Shown piece after piece: positions 1 through 12,504 of a stretch of 64,000 bases of DNA (its first letter is position 1; the number at the start of each line of letters is the position of its first letter). The DNA comes from Laetmonice hystrix (taxonomy: Eukaryota): contig OZ249436.1 of assembly GCA_965235115.1 (NCBI GenBank), positions 14,262,001 to 14,326,000 of the forward strand, written 5' to 3'. The notes under the pieces are model-generated. The model worked only from the letters and a program-made list of their open reading frames with translations. It did not search any database and was not told the DNA's origin. The translations under genes and the position numbers were made by a program.

Positions 1-1799
1 ATGACTCAATAAATACCAATCGTGTATCCAGAGAGGACAGCCCAGTACAGGTTAACTTTGGTCCAGACTGGCCATGTTATCGCACAGTCAGCTGCATCCG
101 GCCCGTTTCTCCTCATGATTAGCCTGTCTTGGCCGAACTGTATTTTTAGGATACGGTTTTAGTTTCTAGAAGTCACCTTCATCGATTCTATTTCGTTCTT
201 GACTCAATTAGGCATGGTTTAGCTAAGGTCTTTGATGAGCCCTGGCAGAACCTTTAGCCATCATTGTCAGTTGATTGGCTTTTCAAAGGGGGCCATCCTA
301 GCCGCAGCACAATTTCAGTTGAAGATCCAGTTCATTTGGATGGGATTGCACCATCAAACAGTGGGGAGAAGGCAGCCTGACAGATTGTGATGGTGATGAG
401 TGACCACGTCATGACGGGGTGCCAAGTGACCGTGGTGCCAACCATGGGCGGACGGTCCGGTAGATGGTCGGCCGTCTGTGGCCCGACCTGGCCCCGGCCT
501 CACGGGCTCATCTTCTACAAACAACGCTCCCCCTGCTGTACGTATCGACATCATCTATTGACTCGGCCTGATGGCGGCTACAGTGCTGTCTGGTCATTCA
601 AACAGTACCGACCCATCACTCTCCTCTATACGTTGGATGGCGTACGTGGTCATGTGGTTTGAGCAGACCCTGTGAGAGTTATAAAACTGCTGTAGGTGTT
701 CAATATTTGTTATACAAAAGAGCTGGTTGATGAACAGTTCCCAGCCACACCGACTTGGAGCTGTTCTGCCAATACAGCGCCAGTCAGTGCTGTCAAGAGT
801 TCACAAGAGGCCTGAAGATGGCCTGTATTGGTCTTCTTGGACGCACAACAGGCTGGGAATTCTGGCCTAAAGTGATAGGATGTCCCATTTCCAGACTGAG
901 TAGGTTTCTCTGTCAAAGGCCCCGACAAGGTGCTTTGAGGGAGGTGCTGCAATGCTTTGCTTAGAGCACACCATTGGTCATATTGACACTGCCCACTTGG
1001 AGAGGGTCCACTGAGTGAGAGGAGTACCAGCACAGCTACCTTCTAATCATCCTTCTCAGCTCAACACTCTGCCAGGAGTTTTGGGGCAAGTGGGAAGGAT
1101 ATTCAAATTTCCTTGTTTCCTATTTCCCATTTCATGGTAAAAGTTTTTGCCCTAAAATGGTTCTGGGGATGTGTTATTCTGTGATGAGATTATGGCATGT
1201 CGGAGGACACAAGACTCGAGTCTGTTGGAAGGTTTGCCAGTAGTTGTTCCATAGAATAATTCGCGCTCCTTTAAGGTAGCTTTGCATAATCTTGCATGTC
1301 AACGATATAGAACGTGTTCTGACTATATGTTGGCAGTCCTACAGTACCGCAGGGCCATATGTCAGGTACCTGTAGAGGTCAAAGAATGTCAAATCGCAAA
1401 TATCTAATTTCCTGATTGCATCAATCAGGTAACCACCATGTCAATTACTTATCTAAATATTTTTCAACTTTCTGCTAATGGTCGGCTTCCATGGTGTGCT
1501 GTGAGTTAAGTAGCTTAGCAAGCATGGTCTCGGACCCAAAAAATCCATACCAATGCGTTCTTTACAGCTGGCACACGCAGGGTGACTGTTCTGACAGCCT
1601 GCTCAGCTATAATTACCTAATCAGTCAAAATGACCTGTCCGTAAAGGAAATGCCAATCTACACTGACGTCTTGTACAAAAGGTTTCTTTGAAAATATTTT
1701 TTGCACCCCGTCCGCCCTTTGAGGATGCCAGAAAATCCAGAAAGCAGAGGGGAAACTATTCGTGATCGGTGATAATGTTTCTTTCTACCTTATTTAAGC

Positions 1800-2297
1800 A
1801 GGCTATATAATGTTTCAATTGTTTTCAATGAAACAATTGGGGCCCATTTCACTAACGGGGGATGTCCCCCAGGCGAGGGAGAACATGCCCAGACACGGAA
1901 CTGGGTGGGACACTGACCATGGACTGATCATTGACCGCACACCCATCCACCCTGATTGGATGAAAGTGACGTCAGTGAATAAGTTCCCCTGGGCCGGCCA
2001 CACAGGGACCTATAAACCAGTCCTGTAAACTAAATCTAGAGAGAGAAGTGCTCGCCTTGAGATACTTTGAACCCGTGAATGCGGGGGCCATGAATCGAGA
2101 GAGTGAATAGTGAGAATCAGCAACGTTTCCGCTCCTCATCCAGGAGGTTGAAATAGTGGATTAATTAATACCTTGGATTCTCGGACATTGGATTTCCTTG
2201 TGTTTGAGACAATAGTGTTACAGTACCTCTCGCCGACAGAGAGTGATCTCCACAGCGACGCTAGCTTCCCTAAAAAAAACATTTTCATGGTGGAGAA
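1800..2297 (+). mobile_element. Possible LTR remnant with compact Pol II promoter motifs and a partial tRNA-Ala-type primer-binding site
   Basis: ATTGG (inverted CCAAT) at 1955, TGACGTCA at 1967-1974, TATAAA at 2011. The segment ends ...TTTTCA, followed by TGGTGGAGAA at 2288-2297. The left boundary is not defined. Confidence 0.35.
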
Positions 2298-2372
2298 CGA
2301 ATTTATTTTTATCGACATCCACGCAAACCGCGCACAACCATCATCACTCTATACTTTCAACTTCACACTCAA

Positions 2373-2645
2373 ACTCGCTGTCAACAACCACACACACACA
2401 GTCCCAACACAGTACCATGGCTTGAAATACTCACTCTCAACAACCACACACACAGTCCCAACACAGTACCATGGCTTGAAATACTCACTCTCAACAACCA
2501 CACACACAGTCCAAACACAGTACCATGGCTTGAAATACTCACTCTCAACAACCACACACACAGTCCAAACACAGTACCATGGCTTGAAATACTCGCTCTC
2601 AACAACCACACACACAGTCCAAACACAGTACCATGGCTTGAAATA
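2373..2645. repeat. 54-bp minisatellite, ~5 copies
   Basis: Unit actcactctcaacaaccacacacacagtcc(c/a)aacacagtaccatggcttgaaat; gtccca at 2401 and 2455. Confidence 0.95.
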
Positions 2646-5600
2646 ACTTAGAGGCGGCTTGGGGCACGTCAGAATCGCGAGAGAAATATTATTGAGAGAA
2701 TATGAGTGAAGAAATATTTATGTGTATAACATGAGTCTTTGTAGTACGTGTTTAAGCCTACGTCAGGATGGGTACAGTAGCATCATTAGATCAATTAATC
2801 GGGCTGGCAAACATTGTAAGTAATTTCATAGGGTATTAATTAAGCTAAATTGGTTCCATAAGAAAGTCTTCGTTGTTATCGTAGTTTCCAGCTTTGCACT
2901 GACACCTGACAGCAACAACTACTAACTCTGCTAATTAAACTCAAATACAAACAGTCAATGAATTTTCAAGGGCAAACTGAAATCTTCTGAAGCATGTAAA
3001 AAAGGGTACATAAGGATGCCTCGATGGACCTTCCCCAGTCCTCAAGTAATGACAGCCTCCTTCTACCATTGTCGGTGATTTCTTTGAGTGGGACATGCGG
3101 GGAGTTCTAAATTTGTTAATGTGTCCCCACTAAGACCGAGATTTTTAGATGGGACAGACTTCTGCCGCTCAGAGAAATCTAAGAGGAAGGAGAGAACTGA
3201 TGGACACCCTGGTCAACAAAGCCATTACGGCACTGACGCGTCTCCCAGGAGGAAAAGCTGTCAATTCCAAATGTAATAGTCAGGTGCCAGGTCTGCCCGC
3301 GGGCAATCAGCGCATGAATTTGTCAGAGGTCCAGAGGGACGGCCGGCCTCTCCCCTTGACGTGTCTGTCATCCTGTATTACAAACAAACTTTACTTGCTG
3401 ATCTCCAATATGACCGTACATGGACGATCTAGAGAGATATGATAGCTGCAGTAGGCTGTCAGCGACACCCTGGTGTGTGTAAACAGTGACGTCAATCATG
3501 TACCAGCCGTTTACCACAAAACAAGCAATGCTGACACAGGTCTTGTCATATTGATGGTTAATGCGTTCATTAACTTTTTATTCAGGCTGTAGAATAGCAG
3601 CAGAAGTTGGAGAAGAAGGGGTGGAAGTGCAGAAAGAATTGTGAATTTTTTCGCTTCGTCTGAAAAGGCAAGATATGTTACCATGCAATGACATACCAAC
3701 GAAAATCAGTATTCGTTGTACGTGTATTCTCTGAAATACTTGATATGCAAAACTGAAAAGCAATGATCGGTTTTATATGTTCAACAACAATTGCTTGGTA
3801 ATGTTCTAGCCAGTCGTAGACAGGAAACTGATGCGGGCTCCTGGCCGTTCACCATTCTAAAATAGTATCAGCGTCCTGCTGGTACAGGATCGTCAGTTTT
3901 CCTATTTTGTAATATTATAGTTCAACATTGAGTTCTCTGATAGTTCAATGACCGTTGGCGGAAGTAATCAGTAATCTAAACCAGTCATTTCAAAGAAAAC
4001 ATTCTTCGAGACGATCACCTGCAGTGAGGTTTCCATCATAATGTGCTCCTCACGTCTAGACGCATCATGCTCACTGTAGAAATTTGAATTTAAAATTTCC
4101 ATGCAAAACTCTACGACTGTTAAAATTGTCCGTCTCCTATAATTGCGAAGCTCTAGGTAACGGGGAAAATTCTGAAACAAATTTCATGCAAAAATTCTAT
4201 TTATGTAACGCTGGTAGATTAAATCCTTAGAAATGTAATAGGTTTACGTAAATGTATATGGGAAACAATAATCTAACTACAGGCAGCAGCATGATAAGGT
4301 ACCATCTCTAAAGGGATCATGCATGCAAAAAAACTTGGATGTCTATACGTTCAGTGAAGAATTTAACAACTGCGTCATGTTGAAAATATTCCCAGCTGTA
4401 TTGGCGGTGTACATTATGTGACATGCTAATGAATTCTCCATGTGAAAGTGGACCAGGCTGCATGGACTAGAGAGAGTTGGACGATTAAGTCAGAGAAACT
4501 GGTTGTCCTGGACAGGGCTTATTGTCACCAATTTTATCATCCAAGATTCCCTGTGATGATAATTTAGTTGGGATCATGGGTACATGATTTATAATGATCA
4601 GACGTTTTTGATATTATTATTTCAGGAATTATAGCTATTTGGAATCAATAGAAAGGTTCAAATCGCCCTCGAGTCGACCTTGAACTGAAGGCGAAATTGC
4701 CAGTAAAAGGATTTTACTGCTTGCATGCAGTGCTTCCTAAATCAGACGAGAGCCACCTTGCACCTGTTTCCCGTCGGTAAGAACGTCAAATGGGTCGCAC
4801 TGTCGTAAAAGTAGTAAACTTGGTCCTGCAAAACAATTCCTTCTTTTCATGAGTCAAACAGGAAAGTAGACAATGATAACATCGGAAAGAAATTCGGGGC
4901 TGAATTCGATCTCCTGACCGTTTGAAAGAAATGCAGTGGCTGCAATAGATTAATAGACACTAGTTTCCACGCAAATCGTTTCCTAGTGACGCCATCAAGG
5001 ATCGTGCAAAAACAGTGGCCACTACACCCAGGTCCCAGTGTCCAGGTTGAAGAGTGATCATTTATGCCTAATCTACAATCTTCCTTGGGCCCCCTACGTT
5101 TAGCCATTAAAATATAGCATGCTCAGTAGATGGTGCATAGTTAAGCTGGAAAAAGGGCCAATCAATTATTCGATCATGGATAATCAGAAAAAATTCTAAG
5201 AGCTGTAAATTGTCGATGAGCACAAAGAGGAGTTGAAACTAGAAGCTGAAGATGTCTCCGTGTATAATAGTGCCCCTGTTCTATCGAGGACACCTGCGCC
5301 AAAGATTCCTGCCCGGGGAGCTGTTTTTCAACTCGTGCTTTTCAAAGGATTTCGACGATAAAACATTATTACTTGTTGTTAGTGAGACCATTGGATTACA
5401 CGGTCAGGATCGTTTGGAATTTAACGGTTCTTCTTATCTCCACAGAATAATGTATTTGGCCATTGATAATCTATGAACCAGGCATGGCTTACATAATAAA
5501 TGTTTAGATAATAAATAGTAAGAAGACAGTAATGTTGAAGCTAGGATGAATTAAGAGACTGTTTAATGCCGGGATTTCTCTGAGAAATTCATGTACTTAT

Positions 5601-8600
5601 ACTTCATGAGAAATCTTCCATTTGATTCTGCCGTTGGCCTTTTAAAACTAATCTTTCGGTTGCTGGTACTCTGCATGCCTGCCGGTCTACTGTTCGGTAT
5701 CTCATAGCAAGAGGTGAACGGCGGAAACAACAACAGATAAGCATTGTTAAATGGCGCAGTTACTTTTTCTCATGAGAGATTTTATAGTTTGCTTTAAGGG
5801 CTTCAGTTGGATAGATCGTTTGTCTTTCTTTTGTCGGTGATGGGTTGTGTGATGGGAAACTGTCACTCAGGGGCTGTATCAGAACTCCTCAAGGTCCAGA
5901 CAGGCCTCCCACTGCGAAGGCCAGCAAGAAAACCATCACTTACACGTCCAACAGCAAGATATATAGGCTTGACGCATTTCAGGAATAAATCTTTCTCATT
6001 TGATGTACTATCAAAGCAGCTTCGAAAGGGCATGAAAAAAAAATCGATGGAATGGATCCATGTGCCTCTGGTACATCTCTGATTCAGAGAGAATTTGAGT
6101 TGTTGTATCGTTTAAATTTGTAATACAAGCACTACACTTCTTCTATTAAATCTGTGTTCTATTTACTTAGATTGAAAGGAGCATTGTCATTTCTTGACAT
6201 ATGAGATTCCGAAGGTGATTAAATCTCAAGGTAATTAAATGTGGAACTTAGGAAAGATGCTTGCATTTCAGTGTGTGTATTTGTAAAGAAATTAATTTAA
6301 GTGATAGAATTTAACACGTTAGAATAGGACCAACAGGTGGCCTGACCGGCTACATATTAATATAAAAAAGTAGGGAGACGTTTAAGATGATGCGCTGCAT
6401 CAAAATGATATATTACCTGCCCTGGAATTGAAGCCAGATACTTTAATCAGCCGCATTATAAGGGAATGTCGTGATGTATTCAGGCCCAAAGTACTCTTTC
6501 AACGGTTGACGAGGAATGTTTTTAGAAAGGACAAAACAGGAAATGAATCTTGCTTGAGAGGTCAGATGTCCTAGACCAGCACTGCTAATAGTTTTCTATT
6601 AGAGCAGGTAGACTTCAATTTCTGCGTGAGTACCAAAGGGAATCTCAGAAATACTAGTGGAACTGAAAGCTATTTACCAAGTATGGTGATCATAGTTACT
6701 CTCGAATGTTAATTTGAAGGCATGGTCAATAGACAAAATGTACGTTTTGGCTAACCGCGTGAAGCCCGCTGTCTCAGACACTCTCTAACCCCACAATGTT
6801 AACACTGCTAACCACAGATCTACCGAAGGTCTACGAGTTAACCAGTTCTAATTAACCAGTTCTGGTTCAGACCAACCTAAAAACACGATGGCTGTGCTGG
6901 CTGATAGGCCATATAGTATTACCTGTTCGGTACTAGTGTATACCAGGAAAGTTAATTTGTTTCCACTCAGCCTTCAAAGGTTTAGTACAGAATTGTCCAT
7001 TAAGATTTACCTGGCCGCTTCTGTTGATGACGGTGAGAGTTGTAGCATGTTATCACCGAGATAAACCTGCCGTACCGTGGTAGAAGTATAAGGTGGGCAG
7101 GTGATACGTTGAACGAGCTGACACCTTGTCGTGTGATGTGATAATTACAGAGTCGTCATCAGTAAGGTCCCAGGAGTCTAACCCAGACGGGGGCCAGTGT
7201 CACGGCGCTCGGCCAACACACCTGATGATATGTATCGCCAGCGGGCTCACAGCATAAACACTGCACTAGTCTCATTAAGATTCCTCCCCATTGCATGTTC
7301 CTCATAATGAACAGCAATAAAGGCATCTGTGTGAAGGTTGGTCGGTTCAGGATCGCTGGCCATCAGAACCGTAATGACAGGCCTGTTCTTCATCGAAAAC
7401 GTAAATCGCCAACATAAGAAGGGGCAGCGAACACCGACTTGGTATCTGATGACAGGCTACGCATATTCGGGCTAATGCCCCAAGTAGATGCATGGAGAGG
7501 GGAAAAGGGAGTTTTCTCTCTTTTTGCCTCTTCTTATTATATAGACCTCTCATTTCTACTCGGTAGCTACGTCATAGCTACGTCAAAATCCGTTCAGTGC
7601 CGTAGAAAAGTGTAGTTTTTTTACTATCGAGTTGACTGCTTGGAAACGGAAACCTGAAAGATATTAGGGCAACAAAACAGGGATTAACAAAGTAAAAGTT
7701 CCAACTATACCTCTTATATTTATTAAAATTTCTTGTAACCTCAAGCGAGAAAATATCAGTCGACTTACTTTTATATACGTATTGGTTGGTGAATATGCCC
7801 TAGGCTGTGTGGCAGCCTTTAGAATAATGACGAGAGACAGCGTCTTGGCACTCACGGATTACTGCCATGCCCCTTCTTCTAATCCTGAACTTTTTCTACG
7901 GTTCCATCGCACTTCCGAAAGTACTTGTTTGAAATAACTGTAGGCAAATTTCGCGGCTTAGATTTAACTCGAGCAAATGCGTGAATCCGAGTGGTGGCGG
8001 CGGGTATTAAGGACTCCACTGGGGAGGACTAATAATGACTAGAATCGTAGTGATGGGCTGGGGGTGGAGGAGGGGGTCCCTCGTTACATGGCCAGTGGCG
8101 CTGGTCTCAACTCGTGCAGTGTCCAACCCCCCCCCCCCCTGACCAACAATGGCGTCTGACTTGTGGTTCAACGTGCTGCAGTAATTACAGACCCGACCCG
8201 ACACTCTCGATATAATGGCCAGGTAGAGCTCACATACCGACTGACATTTAGATTCCCTGGCTACTTGCTTTTTTTAACTGCTGACAGCCGACAAAAATCG
8301 TGATTATGATGGATCTGATGGATGTACATGCTCCAACAGACATATAGCGCCTATCTCATTTATCCCATGGTCAGATATAAGACAGATGAGACGGGAGGAA
8401 AAGGTTCCTACTTTTTTATATGGAAAAGCGTCAAGAAATCCAGTAATGTACTCTTCTAAGACACCTACTAGAGACTAATTGGATCTAGATGCAGAGACAG
8501 GTTTCATACTAAGTGCCGCCTTTGACTACGTCAACTACGTCTACATATCTTTATACATGAACAACCTGGTGAAACTGATGTTCAATTTATGCCCGAGGCC

Positions 8601-11600
8601 AAAGCTTTATGACCATGAGTTACAAATTAAAAAACGCAGATAAATGAGGATATGTATTATATACAAGGATAGAATTGTCAGAAATGCATAATTCTATCAA
8701 GAAAAAATAATTTCTCAACTCGTGAAATCTTTCTATCTGTATTCCCAAAGACAGTGGGTATCCTGCCCGTTCGGCATATGGGCACTCTACCGTCGTGAAT
8801 CAGGCTACGATCTATCAGTGTATGACAAGTAAAGGCTAGCCTGTTTCAAATAATACCTGAAATAATGCCTCCTACTAAGTGCATATCTCATTTCTCTCTG
8901 TCAAACAGGACCGGCCAAAAGGAAAACCATCAGTAAAAGTGATTGCTTTACTGTGTGCTCCAGCCAAAGCAAGGGCTCGTCTCTCTAACGTGGACGGTTC
9001 AAGAAAATGGTTCATTACTGGCCAATTCTCACGTAATTTTACACCAATCTGCATTTGCATGTGTTGGAGGACAACCAACGGTATAACGGTGGACTGCTTA
9101 CTGTTTACGGTATGCTGAGCGCCAATCACGAACCTCAACAGACAGCTGGACCAGTTCCCACAACAAGCGCCTGAACCAGGGCATCCCTAGCTGTATAACC
9201 TTCTGTAGACGGTCGTCCACGCCGGGTGATATTCCCTTTAAATTGTGACAGAATAATAATACCGAAAACATGGTCCATCCTGTTGCCGTAACATCTGTGT
9301 AACACATTATACTGAACGTGTGATCACTGGCCTACTACTGATACTCGCTAACTATATCGCTAGCTTTAGTCCACCAATATTCGTAGATAAAAATTTCACC
9401 AGGCAGGAACCCCTGTTTCTTGTCAAGAAAAAGTGCCTCTAATAGCTAGTTGGACCTTGTAGATGGTCACATTATCATGCCCGTCTCCATTTGCTGTCCA
9501 CATGTTCTCACTGTGATATTTTTTTTCTGTTACAACAACGGCCTGTTCCTCACACTCGCAAAACCATCAGTTCATCCAAATTGACTTTGGTTATTTGTGG
9601 TGACGGGTCAGTTTGCCAGCTGTGTGAAGTGTTATCTAAGATGTGCAGTGATGTATTGGTCACAGCTCCCGAACATAACACGTCAATCGCCGTCTCCTGG
9701 AGACGAATACCACACAGCACAGGCGAGGAGGGAGGCGATGTCAACGTCGTCGATCGAATTTTTGTAATATTTTCGAATGAGCTTGGAGTTATTAGACGTA
9801 TTATCCTGTCAACTGTTAGGGCAGGAGATGAACGTTATCGTTCTATGTGTGTGGGTGGTGAGGATATCACAGGTGGTTTATGTAGTATTCGGCTGGATCC
9901 GGAGTCGGTTGAGATCAGTCGACACCTGTAGAACATGACCATCGACAAGATTGCAACACAGAGATATCAGTCCTCAAAGCTTTGCACCTGCCGAACGGAT
10001 CAAGGCGTTTCTCCTATCTCGCCTTCAAAGACAGAAATAGTACCGGTCCTACTGTAAATTCCCTGTCGTAATATGAAAATGCATTTCTTGATAGGCGAAC
10101 CTGTAAGTTCGTTGAAAGAAGACCGTGTTATGGGCTGCCACAGTCAGGAGAACGGTGGGACTTAAAGTAAAGGGAGTAGACAGGCATACGTCTGACAGGC
10201 ATACAGACGTATCACAGTTGGCCAAAACGTGGTCTGTTGGATCAGAATAAAGGTTGTTGTGGTCTGAAATATGGAAGGGATGTATTATTAGAGAAATGGG
10301 GCCCGAGGAGCGGTTGAATGCAAACACTACATGGAATCATTTCTGTTGGTGTGGAGGCAACAGGAGGCATTGTTACAATACAATTGTAGCAGTTCGATTT
10401 TAAGATCAGAAATATCGTTTGCCTGTAGATATATTGTGACAGCAATAGGGAAGAGGTAAAATGTTGAACGAGACTAACGTTATACAGCCAGTCACAGTCA
10501 TTATGAATTGTGTGCTAGTCATGGGATCATTTTTAAGGGGGAATTTTCCAAATTCACAGTCATAGGAATTGTTTTAGATAGTTCTCCATACGATCCACAA
10601 TATGAAACTGTGAGCAGTGAGCCTGTAGATCACAAAATGCCACTGTGTACATTAAAAGTTTGTATGGCGACGGTGAGCTTTGATATGACTGAACGTGAGT
10701 TCTTTATGTCATTGTATGTGGAAGAATAGCCCTTGAGGCTTCATGAGCTCAAAGAGTGTGAATTATGGGTCACATGTCACAGAACGAAACCTTATTGGAT
10801 AATGAAATTACGCATTCCTGATTGAAATAGCCGTTTGATTTATCTCACCGGCATGGGACAGCAACAGAAAAACTATTCGGTGGAGTACTAAAGCTTTGGA
10901 ATATATTTCTTTCTGATCCACTTAGGGTTATTAATATCTGCCATCGAGAGCTACTCTATGTCACTTTTCTACCTTATCCTTTGGTTCTATTGCTGGGACC
11001 GTGCATCTACTCATGACAGTTGATTTATTGATTGGAATAAATCTCCATAGCAGCTTTTCATAGCATCTATAGGTTCTGGCGACACTCACAAAACTCACTT
11101 AATCCAGTAAGAATGTGAAATCGGTGACACGTACTGCCGGCAGGCTTCACTTGTGAAAAAAAGAAACTGGTAGGGAAGTTATTACGCCTCAGTTCTTTCT
11201 AGTATTTTTAAAGGAACAAAACTCTGCGTCGGTTTTCAACATCTAGAGGAAATATTATATGAAATACATTACACATGTTGTGTTAATAGAGACGTGAAAG
11301 TAATTAAAACAAAAGGAAAATTGTGTTCCTAGTATAGAAGTTATACGCATATCGTAAACAGATGGTAAGTAATTCAGCATTCGGCATAGAAATTTCACTC
11401 TTCTGCTAAAACTTCTTATCATGGCCTCTCTTGTCTAAAGTGTAGGCCCCAGTTTGAATGGTAAAGATGGTGTTTAGTGAAGGTAGATTAGACTAATTAT
11501 CACTGACGGAATGTCCTCAATAATAGATCTATCTCCCAGAAAGGCCGTGACCTTTGTGTACCCATTGCCAAGTTGCCGACGAGAGCAATGGTTGCTCGGA

Positions 11601-12319
11601 GGTACGTCCTCTGATGGATGAGGATCCACCCTTGGCTGGTTGGTGACGCTGAGCTGGGCCATGTGGAGACAGCAGCTGGAGGCTGGCTGATGTCTGCATT
11701 TACCACATGACCAGTGACTATATGTAAAGTTCGAGGCCCTCTTTGGTGGCGGCTTTTCTTGAAGATTCATCAAGTCACGCGTGTGGTTGAGTAGCCTGTC
11801 TGTCTTCACTCACCGGGCAGTCTGCCGTCGAAGAGATAAGTAACTACGGGAAAACGACGGTGGCTGCACACTGACCTTTAGGCCTACCGGGTCTTGTCCC
11901 TTTAGTCCCCCTCGATTTTGGCGCCGCCTTAAAATATTGGTCGCATAGAGGAGGCTCAAGCATTGCTAACAGTGGTCTATGAATAAAGGGTTTTTCATCG
12001 ATAAGAACGCCTTGGACATTTGATACTACATTCAGTTTTAAACAGTACAGGTGACCTTTAATTTTACTTTCCGTAAATTGGGTCGATGACTTCTCCCATT
12101 CGCTACACGTAACGGCTCCCTCCAAGTAGTTGATTGAAGTCGGCGTTGTATGACATGGAAGGACGACTAACATTAGTTTCTGAATACCAGGCCACAACTC
12201 CGTTTGACAGAGCCAAAAACATACGACCTTGGACTAATATAGGTTCGTCCAGGGTTCGACAAAGAGAATATGTTAGAAATGGTAGGCCTTTCATGTGTAT
12301 GTAACCGTTATCTTTGCAG

Positions 12320-12504
12320 CCCTGAAGATGACCAAAGGCGGCTACATGATAAATGGGAACTGGGTGGTGGGAGCAAGCAAGGACTACAGCGCCGCCGGAA
12401 CCACCTTCCGTTACTACCGGCCGCAGCCCGACGAGCTCACTACGACCGGTCAGAAAGAGTACATCATAGGGCGAGGACCCACCAACGACAGCATTGATAT
12501 CATG
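12320..12504 (+). CDS. THSD4: THSD4/ADAMTSL6-like, internal coding exon: ADAMTS spacer domain (first exon found in window; gene is 5'-partial)
   Basis: Acceptor tctttgcag|12320, donor ATG|gtaaga at 12505. Phase 1 in, phase 0 out. Translates (A)LKMTKGGYMINGNWVVGASKDYSAAGTTFRYYRP...EYIIGRGPTNDSIDIM, matching the ADAMTS spacer pattern ALK..G.Y.INGNW......Y..AGT.F.Y.R...E.I...GPT. Confidence 0.92.

Noticed and set aside
8875..9960. Protein-like minus-strand fragments (e.g. DDRLQKVIQLGMPWFRRLLWELV)
   Set aside because: Multiple stops and no family I can recognise; possibly a decayed element but unsupported.
1..12319. Upstream exons of the THSD4-like gene, including VICGDGSVCQLC in ORF 9491..9931
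   Set aside because: I found no convincing D.CGVC.GD..C or GY..V..IP.GA motif with proper splice sites; the region is treated as intronic.
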